In this document: piece by piece, positions 41,056 to 53,494 of the stretch
Layout: every line of letters begins with the position of its first letter
Numbering within the stretch: position 1 is the stretch's first letter
Source of the DNA: Octopus sinensis
Lineage: Eukaryota
NCBI RefSeq assembly: GCF_006345805.1
Contig: NC_043011.1
Coordinates: forward strand, 14,396,464 to 14,460,463
Length of the DNA stretch: 64,000 bases
Direction: 5' to 3'
The notes under the pieces: generated by a model
Told to the model about the DNA's origin: nothing
Seen by the model: the letters and a program-made list of their open reading frames with translations, nothing else
Database searches by the model: none
Position numbers and translations under genes: made by a program

Positions 41056-41812
41056 CTATCCATATGGTATATTTATATTCGACATTTTAAATTTAGCCGC
41101 GTTCATTAGCTCACTTCTTTGATTCAAAGAATTATTGTCTTTGAATAAGATGTACATTTTTTCTAATAGACAAAGTTTGCACTTGAAATTATTTTTGTAA
41201 GTTCCATGCCTGTATGGTGCCGCCCTGTCCAGAATGCTCCATGTCACGTTGAAAGGTGTGGCTTTTCTTTTAGTTCCCAGACATATTTTGCTAGGCTGGT
41301 CCTCTTCCTATTCTCTGGGTATTTAAATGAATTTTTATGAGAATAAAATCTTGTTTTAAATGAATTTTCTGAAGCCCCTGTGTATGTCTTGTATTCTGAT
41401 GAGCCTTCCACTTGCACCTTGGCTCTATAAACTACTCCTTTCACTAGACATTTCCCTTCTAATGGACAGGAGCTTTCGTTTTTGAAATTGCATTTCTTAA
41501 TGGGCTCGGCACCATGTCTAATCTCAATTAGCTTCCTATTATGTTGGCTAATGTAAGAGGCGAAATTTCTGCAACAAGAATAGCTAACTTTTAGGGTTCT
41601 TCTATTAAAAATCCTATAGAATTTATGACCCTGCTTAAAATGCTTAGAGACTAATCTCAAAAATTCCTTACCTATATTAGTCTTTACGGCCAAATTGAAA
41701 GCCGGGTTGAACCACAAAACTTTCCTGGTCCTAGTTCTTCGTGCAGCATTATTATCAGCATTAAGCTGGTTGAATTGGATCTTCTCAGAGAATCCACTAT
41801 TCTTTAATGCGC
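41056..41812 (-). pseudogene. PLE ORF C-terminus: Cys-rich linker plus GIY-YIG endonuclease, one frameshift near 41245
   Basis: WFNPAF..VKTNIGKEFL, SYSC, CPLEGKCL..VVYRA.V, YTGASENSFKTRFYSHKNSF, TSLAKYVWELK, then WSILDRA..Y..CKLCLLEK..LNQRSE. The MHIYINI start in the ORF track comes from the inverted repeat. Confidence 0.9.
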
Positions 41813-42139
41813 TGTGTATGTTGATATATATATGCACATTTTAATAAAAATATGTATTGCAGTGTAATATTTATAACAGGTTTAATTCCTATGAATTAAT
41901 TTATACTTTCTTCATTAATGTCAATATGTATTTTATTCAATGTAAGGTTTTTTCCTCGGATTTTATAATTTTTATAAGCTTTTTTTATATATATATACAT
42001 ATATTTTTGACCTTTTTGTTTATCGCTCGAAGATTGACCGTTTTTTTCTAAATGGCCAATCAAACAAGTCCATTTCTTTTTAAAGGTGTAGCGTTTGTAA
42101 GAGTCTAGATTGAGTTGATATATCGGTTCCATTCTAGCA

Positions 42140-42186
42140 AAAACTGTCTGATGAACGGCAACGAGAAACTCAGAGTAACAGATTTT
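42140..42186 (+). ncRNA. Type I hammerhead ribozyme with palindromic stem III in the inverted pseudo-LTR
   Basis: AAAACTGT-CTGATGA-A-CG(GCAA)CG-A-GAAA-CTC(A)GAG-T-A-ACAGATTTT; stem I CTGT/ACAG plus AAAA/TTTT; stem II only 2 bp. Confidence 0.65.
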
Positions 42187-42283
42187 GTTGAATTTTCTGC
42201 TGCTTAAAATAAAGCATATTACTCTACCACTGGTATTTGAGTACTCTTTTTTCCACCTTGTTTCACATTTATGTGTTTACTCC

Positions 42284-42329
<46 letters not shown>

Positions 42330-42355
42330 ATATATATCTATATATATATAGATAT

Positions 42356-42413
<58 letters not shown>

Positions 42414-42458
42414 CATACATACATACATACATACATACACATATATATGTGTGTGTGT

Positions 42459-42746
42459 GGTGAACGACCAGGCTATCAGATGTTGCTACACATCGCTGGT
42501 CACAATGCGCTTCGCATTGTTTTAGCCTTCAAATGACGCCACCCCGCTGGCTAAGCGAGCAGGCCAACAGAAGAAAGAGTGAGAGAAAGTTGTGGCGAAA
42601 GAGTACAGCAGGGATCGCCACTGCCTGAGCCTCGTGGAACTTTAGGTGTTTTCGCTCAATAAACACTCACAACGCCCGGTCTGGGAATCGAAACCGCGAT
42701 CCTACAACCGCGAGTCCGCTTCCCTAACCACTGGGCCATTGCGCCT

Positions 42747-42752
<6 letters not shown>
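42459..42752 (-). mobile_element. SINE family B (tail type 3)
   Basis: Same head and body as 24578-24948, different 3' ~110 bp; flanked by dinucleotide repeats. Confidence 0.88.
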
Positions 42753-42784
<32 letters not shown>

Positions 42785-42854
42785 GAATGTGTAAACTCAA
42801 AAACAGACACAAATATGCACACACAAACATGTGTCCATGCCGCTACGTGCATAT

Positions 42855-42910
<56 letters not shown>

Positions 42911-42925
42911 TTATATATATATATA

Positions 42926-43963
42926 TCATAATTATAAAAGGGAGGATGTGTGTGCGTGTATGTGTGTGTACGTGATTGTAATTTATGCACATCCACAAAT
43001 TAGCACGCATGTCGCTCAAATTTTAGGAGGACATTTATCAACATTCTATCTGGGTTTTGTCAACTTATTTTTTCCACGAGGCACCCGCGGATAGGGTAAA
43101 AATCTATTTTCAACCATTTTCAACCATAGCTTTTAACCATAACAAATATCAGCCATTACTTTTTGATGGCATCTAACAAAAACAAAAAAAAAATAAAGAA
43201 GATAAAGAAAAGTGGAAGAAGGAGGCAGAGAGTTTCACGGGAAAGACAAAGTGAGAGAGGGAGAGAGAGTAAGTGAAATGTTTTGTTTTTTGTTTTTGAA
43301 AGGCACACTATATTTTATAATCATAGTATATATACTTTCTCACACAACAATTGCAATATATTTATTTTAAATCATTTATTTATTTTAAATCGTTCATCTT
43401 TCTCCCCCTCTCTCTCACACACATTACTTTGGGTGCGAAAGAGTTTTGTTTTTATTTTACGCCGAGTACAAAAGTGTTTTGTTGACAATCTATTTATTTA
43501 ACAACAAAAGAAACAAAGAGGTGAGTAACAATTTGTCAGTGAATTACACAATATAAATGGGTACAATTTGCGAGGCTTCCACCACACTCCACTCCGTTTC
43601 ACGGACCACAAAAAGGGTTTTGAGGCCAGAGTAGTTGATTCCACCCCCCAAAAACGATTTTTTTTCTTAGTGAAAATCGTGCGAGTGTTAATCTACAAAT
43701 TTAACAACATTTTCCCCATTCATTTCTGTTTATGAACATGTATGCGTGCACAAAACATGCAATTGGTGTACGTACGTACGTGTGTGTATGTGTGTTCGTG
43801 TCTGTTGCCCATATATATTTATATTATATATATATAACATATATAATATAACTAATTTCAACGGATTTCGCCCAAATTTGACGTCTATATTACTTCGTTT
43901 GGTTTGAAATAAAGAACTTGATTAGCTTAATAATCGTAACTTAATCCCGGGTTATACTGCTAG
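42926..43963 (+). mobile_element. Non-autonomous Helitron H1
   Basis: A|TCATAATTATAAAAGGGAGGATGTG start shared with 14237; ends CCCGGGTTATACTGCTAG|T. Confidence 0.75.
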
Positions 43964-43983
43964 TATATATATATATATATATA

Positions 43984-45002
43984 TCTCTTATTATAAAAGG
44001 CAGATTTTATCTGCCTCCCTTTGGGAGTTATACAAATCTACAATATAGGATTTCTTCAATTACAATTTACCTAGCAATTTTAAGAGTACAATGCATCGCG
44101 TCATGCCAGGTCCAGTTTTTAAAATTTAAACTCCAATTAAGCAAAATTTACAGAAAACTCACATTCTGGTGTGTGTGTCAAATGCTTTTCTTAGTCTGGT
44201 TTACACCACACGCAAACGCACACACACACAAAGGGAGCGAATTGTTTCACTGACGCTATCACCCTTCTCCTCCTTTGTTTTGCAAGTTTGCAGCTATTAA
44301 AGTGAAAACAGTGAATCCGACAGCGATTAAGAAAACGAATTGGCACCTGAATGGAGTGAAAATTTAAAAACTGTTTCTTTCGGTGAGTTTTCTGAGAGAA
44401 CTGGACCAAGCCACAGACTTCCCAGAAGAGTAAAGCCTTAGACTATTTCTATTTACTTTTTCGAATGAGCCTATTTGAAATCATTACGCTAAACGTAAAC
44501 AAACCGAAAGAAAGGATAGTTTGTTATTTCCCACAACCTTAAATGAAATTAAGGCCTATTTTGCCATAAATATTATTATGGGTATCAGAAAGTTACCCAG
44601 AATAACAAATTCTATCGTAAAATTTTGTTGTATACCCAATTGATATTAGCTAATAACCCATTTTCTATAGCGATGTTTGAACAAAATTTTAATAATTTTA
44701 CAGAAAGTTACCCAGAGTAACAAACGAGCCCTTCTGGGTATTAGCGCGCGTCTACGATGAGTCTACGATTTTTAAAAAAAATACCATCATATTTTTTATT
44801 ATAATGCATTTTTTTCGCTTTTATATAAGGGAAGTAACTCTCTAAAAATATCTACGATGTGTCAACGATTTAAAGAAAAATTACCTTAATTTTTTTTCAA
44901 TTTTTAATGCATTTTTTTTGCTACTTTTTGGCTATAACTCTCTAAAAATGCTTATATAGTTATTTCCCTTACAACCCGAGCAACGCCGGGCGATACTGCT
45001 AG
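43984..45002 (+). mobile_element. Composite non-autonomous Helitron H2 carrying a piggyBac transposase fragment
   Basis: A|TC start; 3' hairpin CCCGAGCAACGCCGGG plus CGATACTGCTAG; joined directly to H3. Confidence 0.88.
44295..44605 (+). pseudogene. piggyBac-family transposase N-terminal fragment
   Basis: SENSESDSD*ENELAPEWSENL..FSERTGPSHRLP, ALDYFYLLF, PTTLNEIKAYFAINIIMGIRKLPR resemble PGBD-type transposase N-termini. Confidence 0.75.
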
Positions 45003-46174
45003 TCTTATTATAAAAGGCAGATTTTATCTGCCTCCCTTTGGGAGTTATAGAAATCTACAATATAGGATTTCTTCAATTACAATTTACCTAGCATTTTTAA
45101 GAGTACAATGCATCGCGTCATGCCAGGTCCAGTTTTTAAAATTTAAACTCCAATTAAGCAAAATTTACAGAAAACTCACATTCTGGTGTGTGTGTCAAAT
45201 GCTTTTCTTAGTCTGGTTTACACCACACGCAAACGCACACACACAGTGTGCAATGAATAAAGTGAAACTAGATGTAATGTTTGTTTCTGTCTATCACGCT
45301 GATAGATACATGAGTAAAATGTATGGGAAGCTAACAGATAAGAGTGAGTGAAAATGTTCTTGGAAGAGAGTAAATTAGCGACAGAGTGATTTGAGGAAGA
45401 CTAAACTGAAAGTATGAAACAGTGTTTATGTATAAACAGACGACACTTATATAAACCCTTTCGTTACCAAACCGCCCGAATTTACCTATTCATATTTAAA
45501 TGAGAATATCAGAGTAAATCTCTTTAGTACATTCGTGAAAACACGTATTATACTTCGTAAACACTTCAAATACAGTTTTGTACAAAAATCGAAGTGTAAT
45601 TTTAATTCCGTGAATTATGGGAGATTTCTTTCCGAATTTGTTCCTATTGTGTTTTCAAAATTTGTAATTCTGACAAAAAATGGATACGAATTTCATTATA
45701 TCAAGCAGCGAGTCAGAATTCGAAGGATTTTCTACTGAAGACCTTCATAAATCTAACTCTATGACTGAAAAAAAAAAGCATCTTTATATAAGAGTGAAGT
45801 TGTGTGTCTGTCCCCTTCGATTTAGATTCGTAACTACTCCCACATTTTGCGATGCAGTTTAACCAAAAGCGGGTATCTTATAGTCGTGATTCATATCGAG
45901 CCCTTCTGGGTATTAGCGCGCGTCTACGATGAGTCTACGATTAAAAAAAAATTTACAATCATATTTTTCCATTTTAATGCATTTTTTTCGCTTTTATATA
46001 AGGGAAGTAACTCTCCAAAAATATCTACGATGTGTCAACGATTTAAAAAAAAATTTACCTTAATTTTTTTTCAATTTTTAATGCATTTTTTTGCTATTTT
46101 TTGGCTATAACTCTCTAAAAATGCTTATAGTTATTTCCCTTACAAACCCGAGCAACGCCGGGCGATACTGCTAG
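45003..46174 (+). mobile_element. Composite Helitron H3: same 5' ~245 bp and 3' ~280 bp as H2, different interior; contains an inner Helitron 45781-46174
   Basis: CTAG|TC junction at 45002/45003; inner A|TCTTTATATAAG start at 45781; identical 3' hairpin plus CTAG at 46171-46174. Confidence 0.88.
45452..45750 (+). mobile_element. piggyBac-like 5' end and start of transposase ORF
   Basis: TAAA|CCCTTTCGTTACC resembles a TTAA|CCCT terminus; MDTNFIISSSESEFEGFSTEDL resembles the acidic piggyBac N-terminus. Confidence 0.55.
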
Positions 46175-46194
46175 ATATGTATATATGTATATAC

Positions 46195-46293
<99 letters not shown>

Positions 46294-46899
46294 GATATAT
46301 ATATATAAAAATATATATATAATAATAGAAATATATATATTAATAATTATTTGAAGGAATATTATTCCTAACTTACAGGAAAATTCAATTCGAAATACTA
46401 AATCAAATTTCACAAAATATATATATATATAAAAATTAGAAAGAACCACCTTTGATCAATTCAAAATGAACAATTAAATTACACCATCTAGAAAATTACA
46501 TATAACAGAAATATTAAAAATAAAATAACAATAATATACCAAAGATCAAGTAAATTGCAAAATAATAATGAAAACGTATATATTTGGTAGAATAACGACA
46601 CGTGTTTCTTGGCTATATTTAAGAAATGATTATAGTAAAAGAAATTAATAGTAGTAGCAAAGTCACTTCGATATAAATATAGCCACTCATCAGGTTAAAA
46701 ATAAACTAGAATAATAATATAATTAATTAATAAATATACGTAAAAAATCTTTTAAAATATATATATATTCTTTAATATATATATCTGGAAACAATTTTCT
46801 ACCAGAAAACCTATACTAAATTCCTATTAAAGAAAAATTAACGTTTTTAAATGAAGAATATTTACAGTATTTAGGACCCAACTTTATTCTAGGACCTAA

Positions 46900-47870
46900 A
46901 GACAGTTGCTTAATATATTTGTGCAAACATACCGAGAAGGTTGTCCGAGAAGATGTTTCTTAGAACAGTATTTTAGAAGGGACTGCTACCTCGTATTCTC
47001 CTAGCAAGATGAAAGACTTCTTTGCTATTATTTTCTGTATCTATTTACTATCTGATCCTCAGCAACTTAAGTAAAATCATTAAAACAGCTTAACAGAAAA
47101 TATATTCTACGAAGTACAATATTCGTCAAAGGACCCACACCTAAAGTTTTCTTCTGCTTTACAGTCTAAGGCAGGCAAGTATCTTGAACAGAACGAACTG
47201 CCAGCTCTAGTAAGAACTGCGGCTGCAACTTTCGGTCGAAAGATTCTCTAGGCAACCACAGAGTTTTCAACAGCTGGGGCAGCCTATCTCCAAAAATTAA
47301 TCAATTTTCGTTCCAATTTTAAAAGAAAAATTATCATTAGTTCGTTAAATTCAAATTACGATGGAGGCTGGCCGCCAACACATTTTTCTGCAAAATATGG
47401 GTAGTTTATCCTGTTCATGCTATATTATTAGCATTATCTTGCGTTTGAGAATAAAATTATTTCCTTATCATTGGTTCAAACGATAAATGATAATCAAACG
47501 TTGGAAGAAAAGCTTCATTTGATGCTTCTAATGGAGTAGGTAAAACTTATTTGTTGAAACCAAATATGGCAAACATTCGTTCGCGCAAACAGATCGTTAT
47601 TGCAATGGTTTCATCTGAAACTACTGCAGTATTGTTTACAGGTGGCAGGACTGCTTTCCGCTACTCAACTTTGCACACTCTGGCACACTTATGTGTTAGA
47701 TTGTCAAAGTATCTGCTCAAGCAAAGGATCTGAAACAAGCCAGGCTGAAAGCATACTTTCTGCTTGGCTTGTTATACTTAATGTGTTACAGACTTGCATT
47801 TGAGGCTATCCATTGTATCTTACCAGACATCACGAGTAAAGATGCAGTGCTTCTCACCGATGATTTCAGC
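46900..47870 (+). mobile_element. Degraded Helitron PIF1-like helicase fragment
   Basis: SPSKMKDFFAIIFCIYLLSDPQQL, Walker A DASNGVGKTYLL, IAMVSSETTAVLFTGGRTA, AFEAIHCILPDI..VLLTDDF. Confidence 0.85.
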
Positions 47871-48149
47871 CGTTGGTGAGTTGAGAGCATGCTTCAAAAA
47901 TGTTATATTTAAAGACGAAAAAAAAAAAGGCTTCATGTTTTCATCAAGGTAAAAGCTGCGCATGATAGAGCTGTTCCAGCTGTTAATTTGCTAGGTTTTA
48001 ATTTAGACATGACCTCTAGAGTGGGAATTCTAAAAAAATACACGATGTTGCATCTAATCATTGATTTCGAAATGTTTTGGTGAGAAGGAAGATAATTCCC
48101 TCGTCGATAAGTTAAAAAAAAAAAATGTAAAATCAGCCCCCACCCCAAA

Positions 48150-48420
48150 TGCAAAACAAAATAAAAAACAACAAAAACACCATTATAAAAAAATGGCTTC
48201 GAAAGAACCAGCAGGAACTAAAAGTAGAATGTTTTCAAGGTTTGATGGGACAGATGCAAAGTAATAAACAAAATGGTTGTTTTTGTAGCTAAGTTCATCT
48301 CCCATCTTTCGTTGAAGGACTATGAGGAATAAAACTCACTGAGTTCGTTGATTCTACATAATGGAGAAATACTCACAAAACAATCTGCACAGTTATTCAA
48401 CGGATTTACTGAAGAGCTGT
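48150..48420 (+). mobile_element. Degraded Helitron Rep fragment
   Basis: KWLRKNQQELKVECFQGLM...VHLPSFVEG resembles Helitron YIRxNQKxLRxExYQGL...ILPSSFxG. Confidence 0.6.
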
Positions 48421-49349
48421 GGCTTCGTATAGTGCCTTTCCTTTGTCATCGAAAAATGATCACGTGGTGATGCTTTTCAAGAATTTAAATAAGGTAAATG
48501 AACAATGGAAGTAAAAATATAAATAACCCACTTACATGACCGCATGATTGAAGGCGGTTTATATTATATCTATATATATATATAATATATAATATCTATA
48601 TATAAAATAAAATACAAAATGGGACAAGAACGCAAAACATCCGGACAAACTAGTTTTGTATTTTTATTTTAAATATATATATATTTAGCGGCGTACGTAC
48701 ACTTTGTTCTCTTATATTGTAATACACATTTATATATATATATATTATATATAGTATAATAATATATATATAATATATATATATATAATATATATATTAT
48801 ATATATATTATATAATTATCAAAGAGGGTGCACAAGTTCCTAGACCACATACCGAAAGTACTAGAAATAGCAGCAGGGACTGCTATTTCCTTTTACTACA
48901 AAAATATGGTCTCCCCAGGACAACAGTATTTGTAACTCATTATATGGCAAAAAAGAAGAAAAATAACTCCCCTATATATATTTTATATATATAATTTACC
49001 CCCTATATATATATAACCCATACAATACATGCATCCGACCACACATACATACACACTCACACATACATCCACACACACACCACTCACTCACACACCTGTA
49101 TGTACGCGCACACAACATGCAATACACACACTCCCCCCACACCCACCACGTACATACATACACACTCACACACATACACACACACACACGGACATAAATC
49201 TATGCACACACATACACCACACACACTCACATACATTCATTGCACCACACTGCACCACCCTACATACACACAGACACACCACCCATCCACAACACATACA
49301 TACGTACGCGCATACTCGCAGGCACGCGCACATACGCACTTACGCCGGC

Positions 49350-50150
49350 TCGCGATGCATACGCGTCGCAACACCTCGCCCTTGGACCTGACGAGACCTC
49401 CCGCCCGTTCCTGGGACCGTCGCGTGTCGTTGGGTTTTCCCAAGCTGTCTCCGCGGTACCACTCTTCATCTTCCCTCAGCTGGAGTCCTTCTTTAACCCC
49501 CCCCCCTTTTTTCGTTACACACACGCGCACACATATACACACCTTGCCTATATATATACATCACTCTTACACACATTCATCTACTCATTAATACCACCAC
49601 GACACTGGACACACACACACACTACTACTCAACACACGCTGGCACGCTACATACGCCCCCACCCCTTCCCCTCCCTCCCTTCCTCCTTCCTTCTTTTCTT
49701 ACTACGGACTCCCTTCCTCCTTCCTTCTTTTTTCTTGTCTGCTAGCTGACCACTAGTCTCGCCCTACCTCACACGCCTACACACAGACGCCACACACTAA
49801 CACACACATATATTTTTTGTTTTTAATCTCGCCTCACACACAACATACACACACGCACATGCACACACTCACAAATACAACACATCTGTTGGGTTACCAA
49901 CCTTGTCTCCACTCTTTTGCCTTAAAAACCCACTTTGCTCTTGTTATCGTCAACATCCGCCTTCACCATGTGCAACTCGTAAACACCAGTCGTCTTTTTT
50001 CTCTTTCCCTGTTGCCCGCTCTGGGATCTTTCTTTCCTCTCTCGTCCTTCTTATGTTTCCGACGAAGAGCTCCCGCTCGAAACGTCATACCTCCCTGCTT
50101 CCATCTCCTGAGCGCCTATTAATAATAATACTGTAATTGTTCCTGTTGTT
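49350..50150 (+). mobile_element. Probable degraded PLE 3' end / pseudo-LTR with a hammerhead remnant at 50055-50090
   Basis: GTTT-CCGACGA-A-GAGC(TCCC)GCTC-GAAA-CGT-C-ATAC; C-rich noisy upstream sequence; coding similarity too weak to call. Confidence 0.45.
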
Positions 50151-50177
50151 GTTGTTTTTTTGTTTCCCTTTTGGATT

Positions 50178-50209
<32 letters not shown>

Positions 50210-50234
50210 CTGTATATATCTTTGTATTGAACCA

Positions 50235-50480
50235 TTGGACGGAAACTGAAAGAAGACCCTTGTGTGTGTGTGTTTGTACTCTTGCCATCGCTTGACAGCT
50301 GATGCTGGTGCGTTTATGTCCACGTAATTTAGCGGTTCGGCAAAATAGATCCATGGAATAAGTACTACACTTACAAAGAATGAGTTCTGTGGTCAGGTTC
50401 TTCGACTAAACCCTCTAAAGCGGTGCTCCAGCATGACCGCAGTCAAATGACTGAAAAAAGTAAAACAAAAAGAATGAAAA
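50235..50480 (+). mobile_element. 5'-truncated SINE family A
   Basis: GGACGGAAACTGAAAGAAG..(GT)n..GCGGTGCTCCAGCATG tail. Confidence 0.85.
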
Positions 50481-50900
50481 AAAATATGCACATATGTATG
50501 AATCGGGGAAAATTCGGCCATCATTCTAACATTAGTTCCTGCGTTATTACGGATTCCAGTTCAAGCGGTATTCGCAATAAAAGCAGCAATAAATCTCAAA
50601 ATGAAGTCTATGAGTCCCAGTACAGGGACTATATTGTGTTTCTCTGTCAAGAATTAGTCAAACTACTGCAGTTTTTGTTACAAACATTGGTACACTTGAA
50701 CGTTTTCCGGCGTTCAAACTTTCATTTTACCTTCTATGTCATCTCTCGGAATTCATACATGCATGCACACATATACACATACATACACACATACATACAT
50801 ACATGCATGCATACATACATACATACAACATACATGCATATAGATGCGTGCATAATATACATATGCATGCGTGCGCGCACACAGTCACACACACACACAC

Positions 50901-50934
<34 letters not shown>

Positions 50935-51254
50935 TTGATTTAGTTGCTTATTAACCTATTTATTGTTTCACTGTCATCATTCATCAACTATAGCAATTAC
51001 ACCCCGCACAAAGCTAAGGTGGCAGTATCACAAGTGCGTGTGTAGGGTATATATATATATATATATATATAATAAAATACAAAATGGGACAAGAACGCAA
51101 AACATCGGACAACTAGTTGTATTTTATTTTATTTATATATATATATATATATATTATATATCTATATATATATAATAATATTATATATATATAATATATA
51201 TATATTATATATATATATATATATATATGTCTGTATAATCTTTGTATTGGACCA

Positions 51255-51530
51255 TTGGACGGAAACTGAAAGAAGCCCCTTGTGTGTGTGTGTGTGTGTG
51301 TGTGTGTGTCTGTGTCTGTGTCTGTATTTGTACTCCTACCATCACTTGACAGCCGATGCTGGTGCGTTTATGTCCACGTAACTTACCGGTTTGGCAAAAT
51401 AGATCCATGGAATAAGTACTACGCTTACAAAGAATGAGTCCTGGGGTCAAATTCTTCGACTAAACCCTCTAGAGCGGTGCTCCAGCATGGCGGCAGGGAA
51501 ATGAGTGAAACAAGTAAAACAAAAAGAATA
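51255..51530 (+). mobile_element. 5'-truncated SINE family A, paralogous with 50235-50480 including flanks
   Basis: Same truncation point and same 3' flank. Confidence 0.85.
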
Positions 51531-52289
51531 TAAAGAAATATGCACACATGTATGAATTGGTGTTCTTTCATGGCCACAGCGCATTGACAAAAAACAAGTG
51601 AAAGAAACTGTATATTCAAGGAGCCGCCGCATTGCCCCCATCTACCAAATTTCCTTCGCAAAGTATCGATCAGTCCTTGTCGATCAGCTGTCGTAAAAAT
51701 ACTTGCCCCATATGCAATATAACGAGAACACACGAGAACTAGATGGTTGCGAACCGAACCGCTTAACCATACAGCCAAGCCAGTCCAAGATATTTTAAGC
51801 GTTATTCTACCTCGTCTTAAGAACAATATCAACCACTTGCATGTTATCTATACAGCAAACACCGTCATTAATAAATTGTAGTCATGTAATTATAAGCGAT
51901 AATTCATTTTAATTGTTCTTTCAATAATATAGTAGTTTGTGTGGCAGCTGCAATGGATTGTCGCTATATGAAGTGTCTCCTGACTCGTATAGTAAGGTCA
52001 TTTTTATATCTACTTTGTCATATACATTAAGTTATTGTATGAATTAAGAATAATTAATATGATGTATGGTATTTATGAAAATGTGGCCCTTTAAGAACTG
52101 CTGAGATTTTATAATACAAAAGGATAGTTTTGTTTTCTAGGCACTATTAAATCAATCTGAGACTTCCAAAAGTTTATAGACTCAGATAAAACAAAGGAAA
52201 TGTACTATTCTTGAAAATTGATGTCGTGTCATGTGACAGCAATATTCTTGACACAAACCGCACAAAGTTATATATGTATATATATATAT

Positions 52290-52430
52290 AGTAAGGATCT
52301 TGCTTCCCAACCACATGCTTACTGAGTCAATGACACTACTTGGTATCTTGGGCAAGCCTCTTCTACTATAGCCTCGGGCCGACTAAAACCCCGTGAGTGC
52401 ATTTGGAAGGCGGAAATTGAAAGAAACTCG

Positions 52431-52432
<2 letters not shown>
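52290..52432 (+). mobile_element. SINE family A, 5' half
   Basis: GCTTCCCAACCACATG..CTTGGGCAAG..CTATAGCCTCGGGCCGAC..GAAAGAAACTCGTC followed by (AT)n. Confidence 0.8.
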
Positions 52433-52481
<49 letters not shown>

Positions 52482-52489
52482 ATATATAT

Positions 52490-53335
52490 ATGCATCAAAT
52501 GAAATAAGAAAAAGAACACAAAGGATGTCGCGGTACACGTGCTTCAAGCTTTATACAACAACTTATTCTTGCATCAATGTATAATCGACATAACAGATGG
52601 CTTTAAGCTCTCTTCAGCCGCATGCAATTGCTGATGATTGATGTTGACTGATGATAGAGTATGGACGGATTTTTGAAGTCCAATGATACCCTACATACCT
52701 ATTTGATTATGAAGATTTACAAACATACTTTCTTAGTGAAACTCAATATACCCACCATTATAGATAATACCAAATGTACATTTTCGGATTTCATAATTTC
52801 ATAATGTGATGTAAGTCTTTGGTATAGCAATTGCATGCGGCTGAAGAGAGCTTTAAACCATCTGTTATGTCGATTATACATTGATGTAAGAATAGGTTGT
52901 TTTATAAAGCTTGAAACATGTGTACCGCGACATCCTTTGTATTCTGTTTTTATTTCATTTGATGCATATATCCTCTCACCTCTGCTACTAGCTGGCATAT
53001 ACATGTGCTTACACTTATCAAGTATTCACCCTGAATTTATTATATATATATAATAAATTTATTTATTATATATATAATATTATTTATTATATATATAATA
53101 AATTTATTTATTATATATATATATATAATAAATTCAGGGTGAATACTTGATAAGTGTAAGCACCTGTATATGCCAGCTAGTAGCAGAGGTGAGAGGGTAT
53201 ATGCATCAAATGAAATAAAAAAATAGAGCACAAAGGATGTCACGGTACACATGTTTCAAGCTTTATAAAACAACCTATTCTTACATCAATGTATAATCGA
53301 CATTACAGATGGTTTAAAGCTCTCTTCAGCCGCAT
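52490..53335. repeat. Triple inverted-repeat structure (direct, inverted, direct) around an AT-rich palindromic spacer
   Basis: 52826-53040 is the reverse complement of 53126-53334 and, in part, of 52490-52633. Confidence 0.9.
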
Positions 53336-53453
53336 ATATATATACATATGTGTGTGTGAGTGTGTATTTATATTAAGACGTATGTATATTGTGTGTATTT
53401 ATATATATATATATATATACACTCACGTTTATATACATATACATATGTATGAT

Positions 53454-53494
<41 letters not shown>

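Larger units (their letters stand above)
39923..42214 (-). mobile_element. 5'-truncated Penelope-like element (Neptune-type) bounded by ~400-bp inverted pseudo-LTRs
   Basis: 39923-40319 is the reverse complement of 41813-42214; the GIY-YIG coding remnant lies between; each repeat carries a hammerhead; 3' end abuts (AT)n. Confidence 0.9.

Noticed and set aside
46650-46700. Minus-strand CTGATGA..CGAAG in an AT-rich repeat-like block
   Set aside because: GAAG instead of GAAA and no convincing stems.
52838-52890. CTGAAGAGAG motif in the triple inverted repeat
   Set aside because: All three arms read TCGATT/TTTAAA where GAAA is needed.
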